From Ignavibacteriota bacterium (GTDB lineage: Bacteria; Bacteroidota; Ignavibacteria; UBA10030; UBA6906), in the NCBI GenBank assembly GCA_963801355.1, contig CAWDEM010000008.1:1440001-1504000 (forward strand): 64,000 nucleotides of DNA, in the 5' to 3' direction. Each line of letters begins with the position of its first letter. Positions within the stretch are counted from its first letter, which is position 1. The position numbers and the translations under genes were made by a program. The notes under the pieces are model-generated. The model saw nothing but the letters and a program-made list of their open reading frames with translations, was not told the origin of the DNA and made no database searches. Shown here piece by piece: positions 19,057 to 31,986 of the stretch.

Positions 19057-21009
19057 TCAGAACGAATACCGAAGGCCAACCCGCAATCGCCACCTCGACA
19101 GCAAGGGTTCCGGAACCAGAGGGGACGTTCTCGGCGCCCATTGGAACCCAGGAAAGCCGACGCGGATGGTCCGGAGTACGGGGACGACGTTGTTCGGAAC
19201 CGTCTGAACCAGTCCCCAGGACGCATTCAGAAGATTGAGTACGTTCAGCAATTCTGCACTGACTTCGAGCCGGCGGCTCCCGGCCAACGGCACGCATTGC
19301 GCAATGCGCATGTCCAGTTGATGTATCCAGGGAGTCCGCGCACCGTTCCTCTCTGCTAACCGTCCACGGTGCGTGTTGAGGTACTCGTCTTTTGCGATGA
19401 AATTGAAAAGCTCCGCATAGTCCGAAATGTTAGGATCGTCGTAAAAGAGCCGTTCTTCGGATCCACGATAAAGCATGATTTCCGTTCTTTGGCCCGGAAT
19501 GTAGATAAGATCGTTGAGCGATTCGCCATCCCCATTCAAGTCGCCTTCATACACGTATGAATACGGCGTGCCTGAGATTCCGGTATAGACCATGCCGAAT
19601 GTCGTCGGAAAACCGGGGAACCACTCGTGCTGGTAGGATAACGCCGCAGTGATGCGATGACTCCTGTCAAAGGCGGAGAAGTCTATTGTCGGATCGTTCG
19701 GTTGAACGGCGGGATTGTACCGCCACTGGTCATAGGCATTGTCCCATGTGCCGCTGTTAATATCCTTCGAGCTGCCAGTACCGTACGCCAGGCTGGCAAA
19801 AAGACCGTTACCGGCCGGACGGCGTTGGATCTGAATCGTGTGAAATGTCGTGACCCCGCCAGAGGCGTTCGCCATGAGCATGGCGTCAGTAAACCGGTCA
19901 TCGCTCTTCTTGAAGATCACCCTTTCATATCCACTCCCAGGTGTCGGCATATACTGGGCTGCATACTTCATGGTGTCTATAGGCCTGAGGTTGATGTTTC
20001 TGAACACCACGCCGTTGAGTGTCCGGGAAAACACCGATTCGAACGATGCAACAATATTCCATGGCAACGCAAGGTCCCCCGCAAGAGTCCAGCGCACCTC
20101 CTGCGGAAGGACGAAGTCCGGGGTGATCGTGACAATTTCCATCGTCTCCCGCAGACGGTTGGCAGCTCCGGGCACCGGCTGCGCCGATGGATCGGCGACG
20201 AACTTCGGCGCAAAGGCCGATTCTTTGATATGCACATAGTCCAAGCCTGTGTGGTCATACAGATTGTCGATCCATGCATAGGGAATGTGTCCGGTAAACA
20301 CCCCCACCCCACCCCGCACCTGTACCGAATGATCGGGCTTCGGATCGATCTTGAATCCGATTCGCGGAGACAGCATGACGCGTGTGCCGGGGACCCGCGT
20401 GGTCGAGAGATCGTATCCCTCGGGCAAAAATGCTTCGTGAACGGTGGGGTTGTCCTTCGGTCGGTCGGGAAACACAGGAACATCCGCACGAATCCCCAGG
20501 GACACCGAGAGGACGGGAGAGAGCGTCAATTCGTCCTGCAGGAACGCATCCACGCGCGCATTCTCGTATGATCTGAAAAAGAGCGCTGCTCTCACTTGTG
20601 TACCGAATCCAACATGCGAGATTCTGAGAGTGTACGGACCGCCGACACGGACGCCGGCAATGAGGTAGTGTCCGTCGTCTCCTGCGGCGACTCTGTACGT
20701 GGTACCCGTCGGTTCATACAGGAGTTCAATGTGTGCGCGCGGTATCCCTGATCCATCGGCGGCATAGACGTTGCCCTGCAGAAACGCCGAGCTGGAAGTT
20801 TGGCTCTGGAGAAGGACGGGAGTGAGGAGGATGATCAGCAGGATCTGGTAACGGGAAGGGACACGGAATGAACTATGGCAATGATGAATTGCCGCACTTG
20901 AGATTTGCTGCAGAATGCGTTGTAGATACGTCTTCGGGCCATCGGTGGTTTCTGCATCACGGTCGGCCAGCGCGGTACTTGCCCATCTCAGTTTCGACTT
21001 TTTTTCCAT
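19057..21009 (-). pseudogene. Oar-type TonB-dependent receptor with a large in-frame internal deletion
   Basis: Carboxypeptidase-regulatory-like N-domain (GVRVGGPYTLRISHVGF) joined directly to late barrel strands (QDE...SLGIRADVP, SPRIGF, GDLNGDG..NDLIYIP, ERNGARTPW, VGLRYSF); no plug region. Confidence 0.75.
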
Positions 21010-21019
21010 TTCCTTGCCA

Positions 21020-21397
21020 CTACCGGGAGATATACCCTCCGCCCGGGTCCAGCTTATAGCGAATCATAACCGCTTTTGCCCACTGCCTGTAAGCCTCTGG
21101 GGTTTCCTGATCGTAGAACTCGATCTTTATCAGCGCGTCAGCCCCAGCCGCTTTGGCAGATTTTTTCATGTCTTCGAGGAGCATGTCTTTCGAGGTGACT
21201 TTCCCGATACCCTCTGCTTCCACATAGCCGATCTCAACGTACTGCCAAAGGATAGCGGAGAGATCGTCAACGATGGACAAATACTGCGTTGGAGGATATT
21301 CTGTATCGTCGAAGCGCACGACCTGCGCCGAATGGCATCCAGAGAGAAAAAGGAGAAGAAACGCTAGGGCAAAGAGCCTTGATTCCACATCAAACAT
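21020..21397 (-). CDS. Small lipoprotein, YbjQ-like fold
   Basis: Lipobox FLSG-C; YVEIGYVEAEG...MKKSAKAAGADALI. Confidence 0.65.
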   Translation of the reverse strand: MFDVESRLFALAFLLLFLSGCHSAQVVRFDDTEYPPTQYLSIVDDLSAILWQYVEIGYVEAEGIGKVTSKDMLLEDMKKSAKAAGADALIKIEFYDQETPEAYRQWAKAVMIRYKLDPGGGYISR

Positions 21398-21552
21398 CTC
21401 AGGAATCCAACAATGTTTTCGTAAGGGACACCAATACTTGCGATCGCGGTTCAATGCACCAGCCCACGTGGAGCGCAACAGCAAAATATGAAGGGGGATC
21501 TGGATAGTCAATTATTGCGGGCATTGGGGTCGCGTGTTACCGCGGGAGGCGC

Positions 21553-22593
21553 CTACCGCGTGAACACCACCGCCCCGGCCGTGAAGCCCGCCGGCGGACT
21601 GCTCCCGGCGTACGTCTCCACCTTGAGTCGGTTGCCCGAGAGCACTTGCGCCATCAGACCGCCACCCCCCGGCGACCCGCCCAGTAGGTTCTGCGCGAAC
21701 CCGTAGACCACCATGCCCTGCGACGTGCTGACATCAGCGGGATCCGGCGCAAGTGCGTCGACACTGAAGAGTCCGGCGACCGAGAGCGTCCCGCCAATGG
21801 AAATCCGCACCGAGGTGGGTTCAAACATGTCGTACACGATCGAAAGCTGTTTTGTCCCGGCACTCTGGACGACACTGGACTCGCCGTCGGGGAGCCCCTC
21901 CAGGAACCAGTTTCCCACCAGCCTGCCGGGAATGTCGTAGTCGATCCTCCCGTCCTTGTCGGGGCTGTTCCGGCGGTTTCTTGCGTACAGGGAATCACGC
22001 AGCGGGCGCGGGAAGTAGCCGTAGGCAGCCACGATGTGCAGCATCTTCGCGGGATAGCGCTCCGGCCTCGCGAATCCGGTCCGCGTCACTTCGGTGTTCA
22101 CCACCTCGAAATCCACAGCGTTGGACGCCGGACTGGTGGTGGCGATCGGCATTCCCGCGGTCAACCTCTGGCCCGCCTTGAGCCCCGGCATCACGAGTAT
22201 GTCGTACATCAAGAACGAGAAGGTCTCGGTCATCTTGACGTCGATCCCGCCTTCATTGGTGATCGCGTTCGGGGGGTATATGTTCATCAAAATGCCGTCG
22301 CCGGGCGCGTACACGGTCCGCATCGTGTCCTTATCTCCCGGGCGGCGGTTGGAAGGGTCGACGTAGTAGAAGACGACATGACCGGTCGGCAGCGTGTGAT
22401 CTGGGGGGTAGAGGTTCCCCAGGGGAGTCGTGGCCACGAGGTCCGACAGCTTGAGAGGGGAGTGGGTAAAAACACCGGGCCCTGTCAGCCCGGTATCGAC
22501 TGACAGGTCCACCGGGCTTGAATCGTTCTTGTGGCAGTCAAGGGCCAAGCAGTAAGGGAGAAGCTTGCAGATGACACGAATCCAGTCCTTCAT
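21553..22593 (-). CDS. Hypothetical exported or lipoprotein with an M23-like beta-hairpin region
   Basis: 346-aa GC-rich ORF with RBS; TVYAPGDG, GQRLTAGMPIAT, DGRIDYDIPGRLVGNWF. Confidence 0.65.
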   Translation of the reverse strand: MKDWIRVICKLLPYCLALDCHKNDSSPVDLSVDTGLTGPGVFTHSPLKLSDLVATTPLGNLYPPDHTLPTGHVVFYYVDPSNRRPGDKDTMRTVYAPGDGILMNIYPPNAITNEGGIDVKMTETFSFLMYDILVMPGLKAGQRLTAGMPIATTSPASNAVDFEVVNTEVTRTGFARPERYPAKMLHIVAAYGYFPRPLRDSLYARNRRNSPDKDGRIDYDIPGRLVGNWFLEGLPDGESSVVQSAGTKQLSIVYDMFEPTSVRISIGGTLSVAGLFSVDALAPDPADVSTSQGMVVYGFAQNLLGGSPGGGGLMAQVLSGNRLKVETYAGSSPPAGFTAGAVVFTR

Positions 22594-23108
22594 GGCCAGC
22601 GCCTCTTCACAATCTCATCTGGGTCAAATATAGCCAATCCGGACTGTTCTCGCAACTTTGGACTGTGCACCAACACCGGCGGCAAAGAAAAAGAAGTCTC
22701 GGCGTCGAAGAAGTGAAAGATGGACGGCTTGATTTCGCTGCGAACGACATCTTGACGACGGACAGCGTCCTCAGGGCTGCTTTCTAAAGCAAGATCTCAG
22801 GACTGTAGAGGTCAGATGGAAGAAGTCCCCCACAGGATGAATTCCACCAGATCCTCCCTATTTCTCCCCCGGAGGGGCCATCTCACACATCACCTGCATT
22901 CCAATAGGTGTTGAGGGTATTCTGTCCAAACGCACGATGGCCTGTCCATACTTCGTATCGAGTCGTTCAAGCCGGTCTTCTGTGCGAAAATCTCGCGGAC
23001 CGACATAGGGAGAAATTGAAAAGTACTAGATCGAGTTACGCGATGATCGATTCCGGGCCGGACATTTGGTGTGTCGCCCGCACGGAACAATATATGTATT
23101 CAGTGGAA

Positions 23109-26345
<3,237 letters not shown>

Positions 26346-26388
26346 TCACTGCTCGAGAAATACTTCGGCAAACGAAGAGTCTGGTTCC

Positions 26389-29151
26389 TTATTTGGTCAC
26401 TCCATGCACCGGTGTCAGTGTCACGGGGCCCAGGAGGCCGGAATCATAGAGCGGCCAGTTGGCTGCGTCGAAAGGTTTGTAGTTTATGTCGACGAAGTTT
26501 ATGTCCTGGAAGATTTTCCATTGCACGTGGCGCCTATCCAAGTCCCGGATGCGATTTGCTGAGCCATTGGTCACTTCGACTTCGAGACGGTTGCCGGTTG
26601 GCTTCAGCTCGACTGCGACCCTGAACGGCGGCGTGATGAGAATCCCGAGGTTCCGGCTGTTCAGTCGGACACGAGCGCTCTGGCAAACGCTCCCGAGGTC
26701 AAGGAGGTAGCGTCCGCCACGATGTCCCGGAGCGTCGAAGATGATAGAGTAGCGAGCAGTCCCGGCAAAGCACTGGGCATTCGTGTCGCTGCGTGCCGTC
26801 CATGTCCCGAGCTTTGCCGTCTTGAATGGTGCGGGAAGTACCGGTCCCCCCTGCATGAACTTCACTTGCCAGTCACCGGTAACTTCTTCAGGGGAGCCGT
26901 CAGCTTGCAGGTAAGTCCACGCCGGTCCACTCACGCGGCGATTCGCGAAGACCCTCAGTACTATCGACGCGCCATGGTGCAGTTGCAGATGGATCTCTGC
27001 TCGCCCGGCAATGTGTCGTAAGGTCGCCAGGCCCGTAGTCCCGGTAAGCGGATCCATGAGGACGACGGAACGTGCGGGACGGCCGAGCGGTACCCAGCCG
27101 TCGAAGTCCCTACCATGACGATTGGCAATGAAATAGTACCAACTGCCCGCAGAGACTCGGCGAATGAAGAAGAGGCCGGTGGTATCGGTCATAGTCTCAC
27201 GAACGACCCCTGCACGTGATAGTGCTGTCTCGCCTTCTCCCACAAGAATTCTGCCTTCGCCGAGTGCTGCTTCCTGCAGCTTCTCGCCGACAGAGACAAG
27301 ATGGACTTGAGTCATCAGTTTCTTGAACTCCTCGCGGTCGGAGGCCAGGTGCCCCCAACCCGGCACATCGTTGGGCAGGTGCGATTCGAAGATAATCGTG
27401 GCGCCGGATCTCGCGAGAGACAACATTTGACGGAGCGTGCGTACGGGCATGAGCTCGCAGGGCGGCGACAGCACAACGCGGTATGTTCCGCCGGGGACAC
27501 GGATGCCCTGGGAAACGATTTCGGCCGCCTCCAACTGCCTGTCCGAGACATAATCGAATGACCAACCGTGATCCCACAAATCATGAGCCGTGAGGCCGAC
27601 AGGCTGACCCGAGAACCAGGCCGTATCGCCTATGGTCATGTGCGGCAGCATGCCTTCCGGATTATTCCAGAGATCCGAGATCGGCCAGTACAGGAGAATA
27701 TCGTTGTCAGGCCCCCCCGACTGCAACACACTCTGACATCTCGCCACATATGCATTGAGTTCGGAAACATCGTGCCAGATGGAGTTACGCGGATTCATTT
27801 GAGTGGACGCATAGAAAAGCCAGCCAGGCCAGCGTGCTCCAACGGGCGAATAACATGTACCATGATAGAAGACATGGTTGATGCCGGCAATGAACAGGTC
27901 GTCGACAAGATCCTTCAACTGGGCCAGAGTCACGGTAAAATGCTCAGCGAGCCACGTGCCTGTTTCGGCACCAGTGTAAGGATGCCCGGCTACATGAGCG
28001 GCGGAAGAGGCAAACTTGGAGACCAACGGGTTCCGGTCGAGGCGGAACACTTCGGTCTCGGGAATGTCCGCGTCGGCATACAGGTCCAGCCAATTGGCAG
28101 GTGCGCCGTGAGCCTGGTATGACGTCAGGAATCCATGACGGTGGGCCCAGTCCATCCACATCGGACCGGTTGTCGTTGTCATGAGATCGGATACGGTCTC
28201 GCGGTAATCGGATTTCACGCGTGCGACCTCGTCGGCGGGAGCGTTTCCAAAGAGTGCCGGCAGGAAGTTCTGCAGCTTGTAGCCGCGCAACTTCTCGAAC
28301 TCGACGAAGAAATCGGGAGACCAGTTGCACTGGTACTCGTAGGAATCCTGGAACACGGCATGCGGCCCAGGCCCTGTATAGCGGTGGAAGGAACTGTCGA
28401 ACCATGCCAGATAACGGCGCATTGCAGGTGCATAGAGAGGATTGAGCATCGGGCCGTGACCGCCGGGCCCGGCGCGCTTCACGTTCTGACCGGAGAACCG
28501 CTGTGAGACCCCATACAGATGCCACTTCCCGGGCGGAGCCGTCCAATTCACCTTGCCGTCGGCCTCAATCTTTTTTGTCAAGTCTACCGTTTGCCCATTC
28601 GGCCCAAAAGCCATCAACGACTGTGTCGCCGTCGGTGACAACGAATCGCTGAGTTCCTGTCCGCCGGAAAGGTCGTAGGTCTTCACGACAACGAAGGCGT
28701 TGGCATACTCCCCGCTTGTCGCCGGCCCCCCAAAGTTCCAGCCTGTCTCAAGCGCCATGTCTACACCCATGCCGAGCCGGCGGGCCTTCTCGACGGTGTA
28801 CCCCATCATTTTCATCCATTCGGGTGAAAGGAATTCAATAAAGTGTGACTCCCATCCATCTACGCCATAAATGGGGATGATCTGCACACCGCCGAGTCCA
28901 GCTTTCTGAAGCATTCTCAATTGGCGGGCAATGTCGGACGAGTCCACAGCGCTTCCGGGCCACCACCACCAGGTCCATGGCTTCGCCCGCCGCGTTATCG
29001 TGGGCCATGAAAAGGGGTGGGCTGGCGAGTGTTCCTGAGCCACTGCTACCGGCACCAGTTCAAACAGACTGCCAGCAACGATGAACAGAGCAGTCAGGGT
29101 TGTTCGCAGCGAAAGGAACTGTGCCCTTACGTATTTGAAGTTATCCGGCAT
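26389..29151 (-). CDS. GH106 alpha-L-rhamnosidase
   Basis: KPWTWWWWPGSAVD, GWNFGGP, FQDSYE, QAHGAP, ADIPETE, GINHVFYHG, SGLLGPV. Confidence 0.88.
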   Translation of the reverse strand: MPDNFKYVRAQFLSLRTTLTALFIVAGSLFELVPVAVAQEHSPAHPFSWPTITRRAKPWTWWWWPGSAVDSSDIARQLRMLQKAGLGGVQIIPIYGVDGWESHFIEFLSPEWMKMMGYTVEKARRLGMGVDMALETGWNFGGPATSGEYANAFVVVKTYDLSGGQELSDSLSPTATQSLMAFGPNGQTVDLTKKIEADGKVNWTAPPGKWHLYGVSQRFSGQNVKRAGPGGHGPMLNPLYAPAMRRYLAWFDSSFHRYTGPGPHAVFQDSYEYQCNWSPDFFVEFEKLRGYKLQNFLPALFGNAPADEVARVKSDYRETVSDLMTTTTGPMWMDWAHRHGFLTSYQAHGAPANWLDLYADADIPETEVFRLDRNPLVSKFASSAAHVAGHPYTGAETGTWLAEHFTVTLAQLKDLVDDLFIAGINHVFYHGTCYSPVGARWPGWLFYASTQMNPRNSIWHDVSELNAYVARCQSVLQSGGPDNDILLYWPISDLWNNPEGMLPHMTIGDTAWFSGQPVGLTAHDLWDHGWSFDYVSDRQLEAAEIVSQGIRVPGGTYRVVLSPPCELMPVRTLRQMLSLARSGATIIFESHLPNDVPGWGHLASDREEFKKLMTQVHLVSVGEKLQEAALGEGRILVGEGETALSRAGVVRETMTDTTGLFFIRRVSAGSWYYFIANRHGRDFDGWVPLGRPARSVVLMDPLTGTTGLATLRHIAGRAEIHLQLHHGASIVLRVFANRRVSGPAWTYLQADGSPEEVTGDWQVKFMQGGPVLPAPFKTAKLGTWTARSDTNAQCFAGTARYSIIFDAPGHRGGRYLLDLGSVCQSARVRLNSRNLGILITPPFRVAVELKPTGNRLEVEVTNGSANRIRDLDRRHVQWKIFQDINFVDINYKPFDAANWPLYDSGLLGPVTLTPVHGVTK

Positions 29152-29240
29152 GTGACGTGGATGCGATTGTCAGAATTGCACCGTCCATGAACTTTGATCA
29201 GTTCGAGCAGAGGACTCTTCTACGACAACATTGTTGGAAG

Positions 29241-30365
29241 TCATTTCGAAGCCAGTTTGTATACCTCGCTACCCGCCAGGAGAAAGCAGCCAAGACCATA
29301 GTCCCGGAAATCAGGGAGATGATCGTATCCGACGGGCTGTCCGTCGCTGGGCTGTTTTCCGGTTCCCTGTACGTATCCAAGCATTCCATCTGGATGAAGT
29401 GCTTCGTTTGCGAGACCGTTCCATGCTTTTGCTATCGCAGGCATATATGTTTTTCGGTCAAGCCAACCCTTCTGAACACCCCATGCCATTCCATAAAGGA
29501 ACAAGGACGTACCGCTGGTCTCTTTACCGCCGAAATGTTCCGGGTCTTTCAGGCTCACATTCCAAAAACCGTCTTTACGCTGAAGCCGCACCAAGGCTTT
29601 CATCATGGCAAGGTAAGTTTTCTTGTAGTCCCTGTAACCTACAGTCGTTCTCGGAATTGTTTCCAGCACGCGCACCAAGGCGGCTACTACCCAGCCGTTT
29701 CCACGTGACCAATAACAGTACTGACCGTTGGGCTCCTTATAGGGTGGGAGAAATGTATTATCCCTCCACCAGAGACCTTCCCGAGAATTAAACAACATTT
29801 TCTTGGTATGCGTGTGCATCTCATACATTCGCTTAAAATAACGGTCGTCGTGAAATACTACTCCAAGTTGTGCAAATACAGGCATCGCCATCTGCATGGC
29901 GTCTATCCATGACCAATCATCTATCTTGTCGGTAGCAATCATGCTGTCGATGCACTCTTTGATGTATTTGACCTTTTCCTCCTCTTTATCCATTCTGTAT
30001 AACGCTATGTACGTTTGACCGCAGCATTGATTGTCGGCATCACGGGTTTTAATATCATACGCCGGTTGCCATTTATGGGATCTGCCCCATTCTTGAGCAT
30101 ACGTAAGGTACTCCTGCTTCGGATCAATTCCGTGTAATGCCAATAGTCCTTCGTAGTAGACACTGCGAGTCCAGATGTTGCTCGGTCTCGTGATATTCGT
30201 AACGATCGGCTGGGAAGGATCGGGATATTCTTTCATGAAATGATCGTTGGCAAGAACCATCTTCTTCAAAATCGAAGCCTTGTCGGGCAATGCCACGGAA
30301 ACAGCATTTTGACAGGTAACAGCTACTAAAGCGGTCAAGAGCATAATGTATTTTGACGTAGTCAT
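29241..30365 (-). CDS. GH105 unsaturated rhamnogalacturonyl hydrolase
   Basis: ADNQCCGQTY, WSWIDAMQMAMP, LWWRD, WSRGNGW, ETSGT, YGLGCFLLAGSE. Confidence 0.9.
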   Translation of the reverse strand: MTTSKYIMLLTALVAVTCQNAVSVALPDKASILKKMVLANDHFMKEYPDPSQPIVTNITRPSNIWTRSVYYEGLLALHGIDPKQEYLTYAQEWGRSHKWQPAYDIKTRDADNQCCGQTYIALYRMDKEEEKVKYIKECIDSMIATDKIDDWSWIDAMQMAMPVFAQLGVVFHDDRYFKRMYEMHTHTKKMLFNSREGLWWRDNTFLPPYKEPNGQYCYWSRGNGWVVAALVRVLETIPRTTVGYRDYKKTYLAMMKALVRLQRKDGFWNVSLKDPEHFGGKETSGTSLFLYGMAWGVQKGWLDRKTYMPAIAKAWNGLANEALHPDGMLGYVQGTGKQPSDGQPVGYDHLPDFRDYGLGCFLLAGSEVYKLASK

Positions 30366-30446
30366 GATTTGGCCTCATCGTAATAAATGGATCGTATGAT
30401 CGATTCACATACTTGCTGTTTCGGGCTCACAGAGATTGACACCATT

Positions 30447-31868
30447 CTATTCTTCGCGTATGACAATAGACGTATCTCGATCAGGATGCGCACCCTCGCC
30501 TTTGAAACCTTCAATCTTCAGGTCACGTACATCATGGGCTTGGATGGCATTCGTAAAATAGTCCGGTATATTCTTACCCCAACTAACACTGCAGTCTTTC
30601 AACATCACCCGATCGCTGAAACGAATGTAGAAGCCCGGGGTATCATGTGGCTCAATTTCTGCATACACCTTTGTGGGACGATTGTCGAAGAGATTCCCGG
30701 GATACTTCGTCCAACGATCCCAGGTGATACTCACATTTTCAAGGCGCACATTGCTGATCCGGCTTTCTTTGGTACCATTGATCCGGACGCTGTTTTCTGC
30801 TTTTCCGGAAACGTTCTTGACCAGAACATTGTGGATCGTTCCAATTTTGGTCTCCGCGGTTCTGGGAATAGCCGTGAATGAAATCGCTTCTCCCCGTCCC
30901 CACCAGGGGGCGGAATAGAACTGAGACATAAATGTGATATCTTTGAATACCACATTGTACACGTCACCCTCATCTCGCAGCTGAATGTTTAACCCGCGGC
31001 AACTGGACTTGATTGCACAGCGTTCGAACGTGACGTTGTAAATATCTTCTGTAGTCTCGGTACCAAGCTTTAGTCCCGAGTCATGGGTTTCCAACACGCA
31101 ATCGTGCACATGGATGTTGGCGGAGGGACCATACTTCTCTTTCTGCGGGGTTGCTTTCACCACAATCCCATCGTCGCCACATTTGACGCTGCAATTCCGC
31201 ACTTCCACATTACGGCAATGGTCTGCATTAATGCCGTCACAATTGGGTACTTCCATATAGTTATCAATCCTGATACTATCCACCACAACATTTTCACAAC
31301 CCAACAAATGCACGCTCCACTGCGGTGCATTGTTGATGGCGATCTTCAATATTTTTAGATCAGTGCATTTCGTCAAAATGAAGAGCTTGGGACGCCATTC
31401 TTTGAATATCCACCACTCGTCAGCCTTGTCGTAATACGACATAAACTCCAGGGCCCTGCCGTCGATAATCCCGCTTCCTGAAATGGTCAGATCCTTGGCC
31501 CCGTTGGCAGTAATAACGCCGTCTCCGGAGTAGTCTTCCCGGTCGGTACTGACAAGCAACTTGGCATCGCCCTGCAAATGAAAATTGATGTTGCTCTTGA
31601 GTTCCAGAGTTCCAATCAAATACTGATGCCCGGCAGGGACCAACACCTCTGCCCCGTTGCCGGTTTTGGCAGCTTCATCTATTGCTTTTTGAATGGGAGC
31701 GGTATCCAGTGTTCTCCCGTCGCCAACCGCTCCAAATTGAAGCACGTCGAAAACCGGAATTGAAGTTTGTTTTTCCTGCGCAACAGAAAAGGATGGGATA
31801 AGCGGGAAAATACTAAACAACAAGATCATTAGATTTTTGATACCCGCAGTATTGGCAATCTTTTCCAT
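30447..31868 (-). CDS. GH28 polygalacturonase/rhamnogalacturonase-family protein
   Basis: FGAVGDGRTLDT, PNCDGI, CGDDGIVVK, LKLGTET; beta-helix pattern. Confidence 0.9.
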   Translation of the reverse strand: MEKIANTAGIKNLMILLFSIFPLIPSFSVAQEKQTSIPVFDVLQFGAVGDGRTLDTAPIQKAIDEAAKTGNGAEVLVPAGHQYLIGTLELKSNINFHLQGDAKLLVSTDREDYSGDGVITANGAKDLTISGSGIIDGRALEFMSYYDKADEWWIFKEWRPKLFILTKCTDLKILKIAINNAPQWSVHLLGCENVVVDSIRIDNYMEVPNCDGINADHCRNVEVRNCSVKCGDDGIVVKATPQKEKYGPSANIHVHDCVLETHDSGLKLGTETTEDIYNVTFERCAIKSSCRGLNIQLRDEGDVYNVVFKDITFMSQFYSAPWWGRGEAISFTAIPRTAETKIGTIHNVLVKNVSGKAENSVRINGTKESRISNVRLENVSITWDRWTKYPGNLFDNRPTKVYAEIEPHDTPGFYIRFSDRVMLKDCSVSWGKNIPDYFTNAIQAHDVRDLKIEGFKGEGAHPDRDTSIVIREE

Positions 31869-31986
31869 TGTTCTATTCCGTTTGACCAAATGTGTTTTGT
31901 GTCAATATTCTTGTCAAATGGAATTTGACAAATCATCTTTACGTACTATCAGACCACTCATGTTCTATGAAGGTAGCTCTATCTTG

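Noticed and set aside
22599-22622. AGCGCCTCTTCACAATCTCATCTG, similar to the IS left end and able to bracket the pectin locus with copy B
   Set aside because: No TGT tip, no target duplication, and it coincides with the RBS of the 21553..22593 gene.
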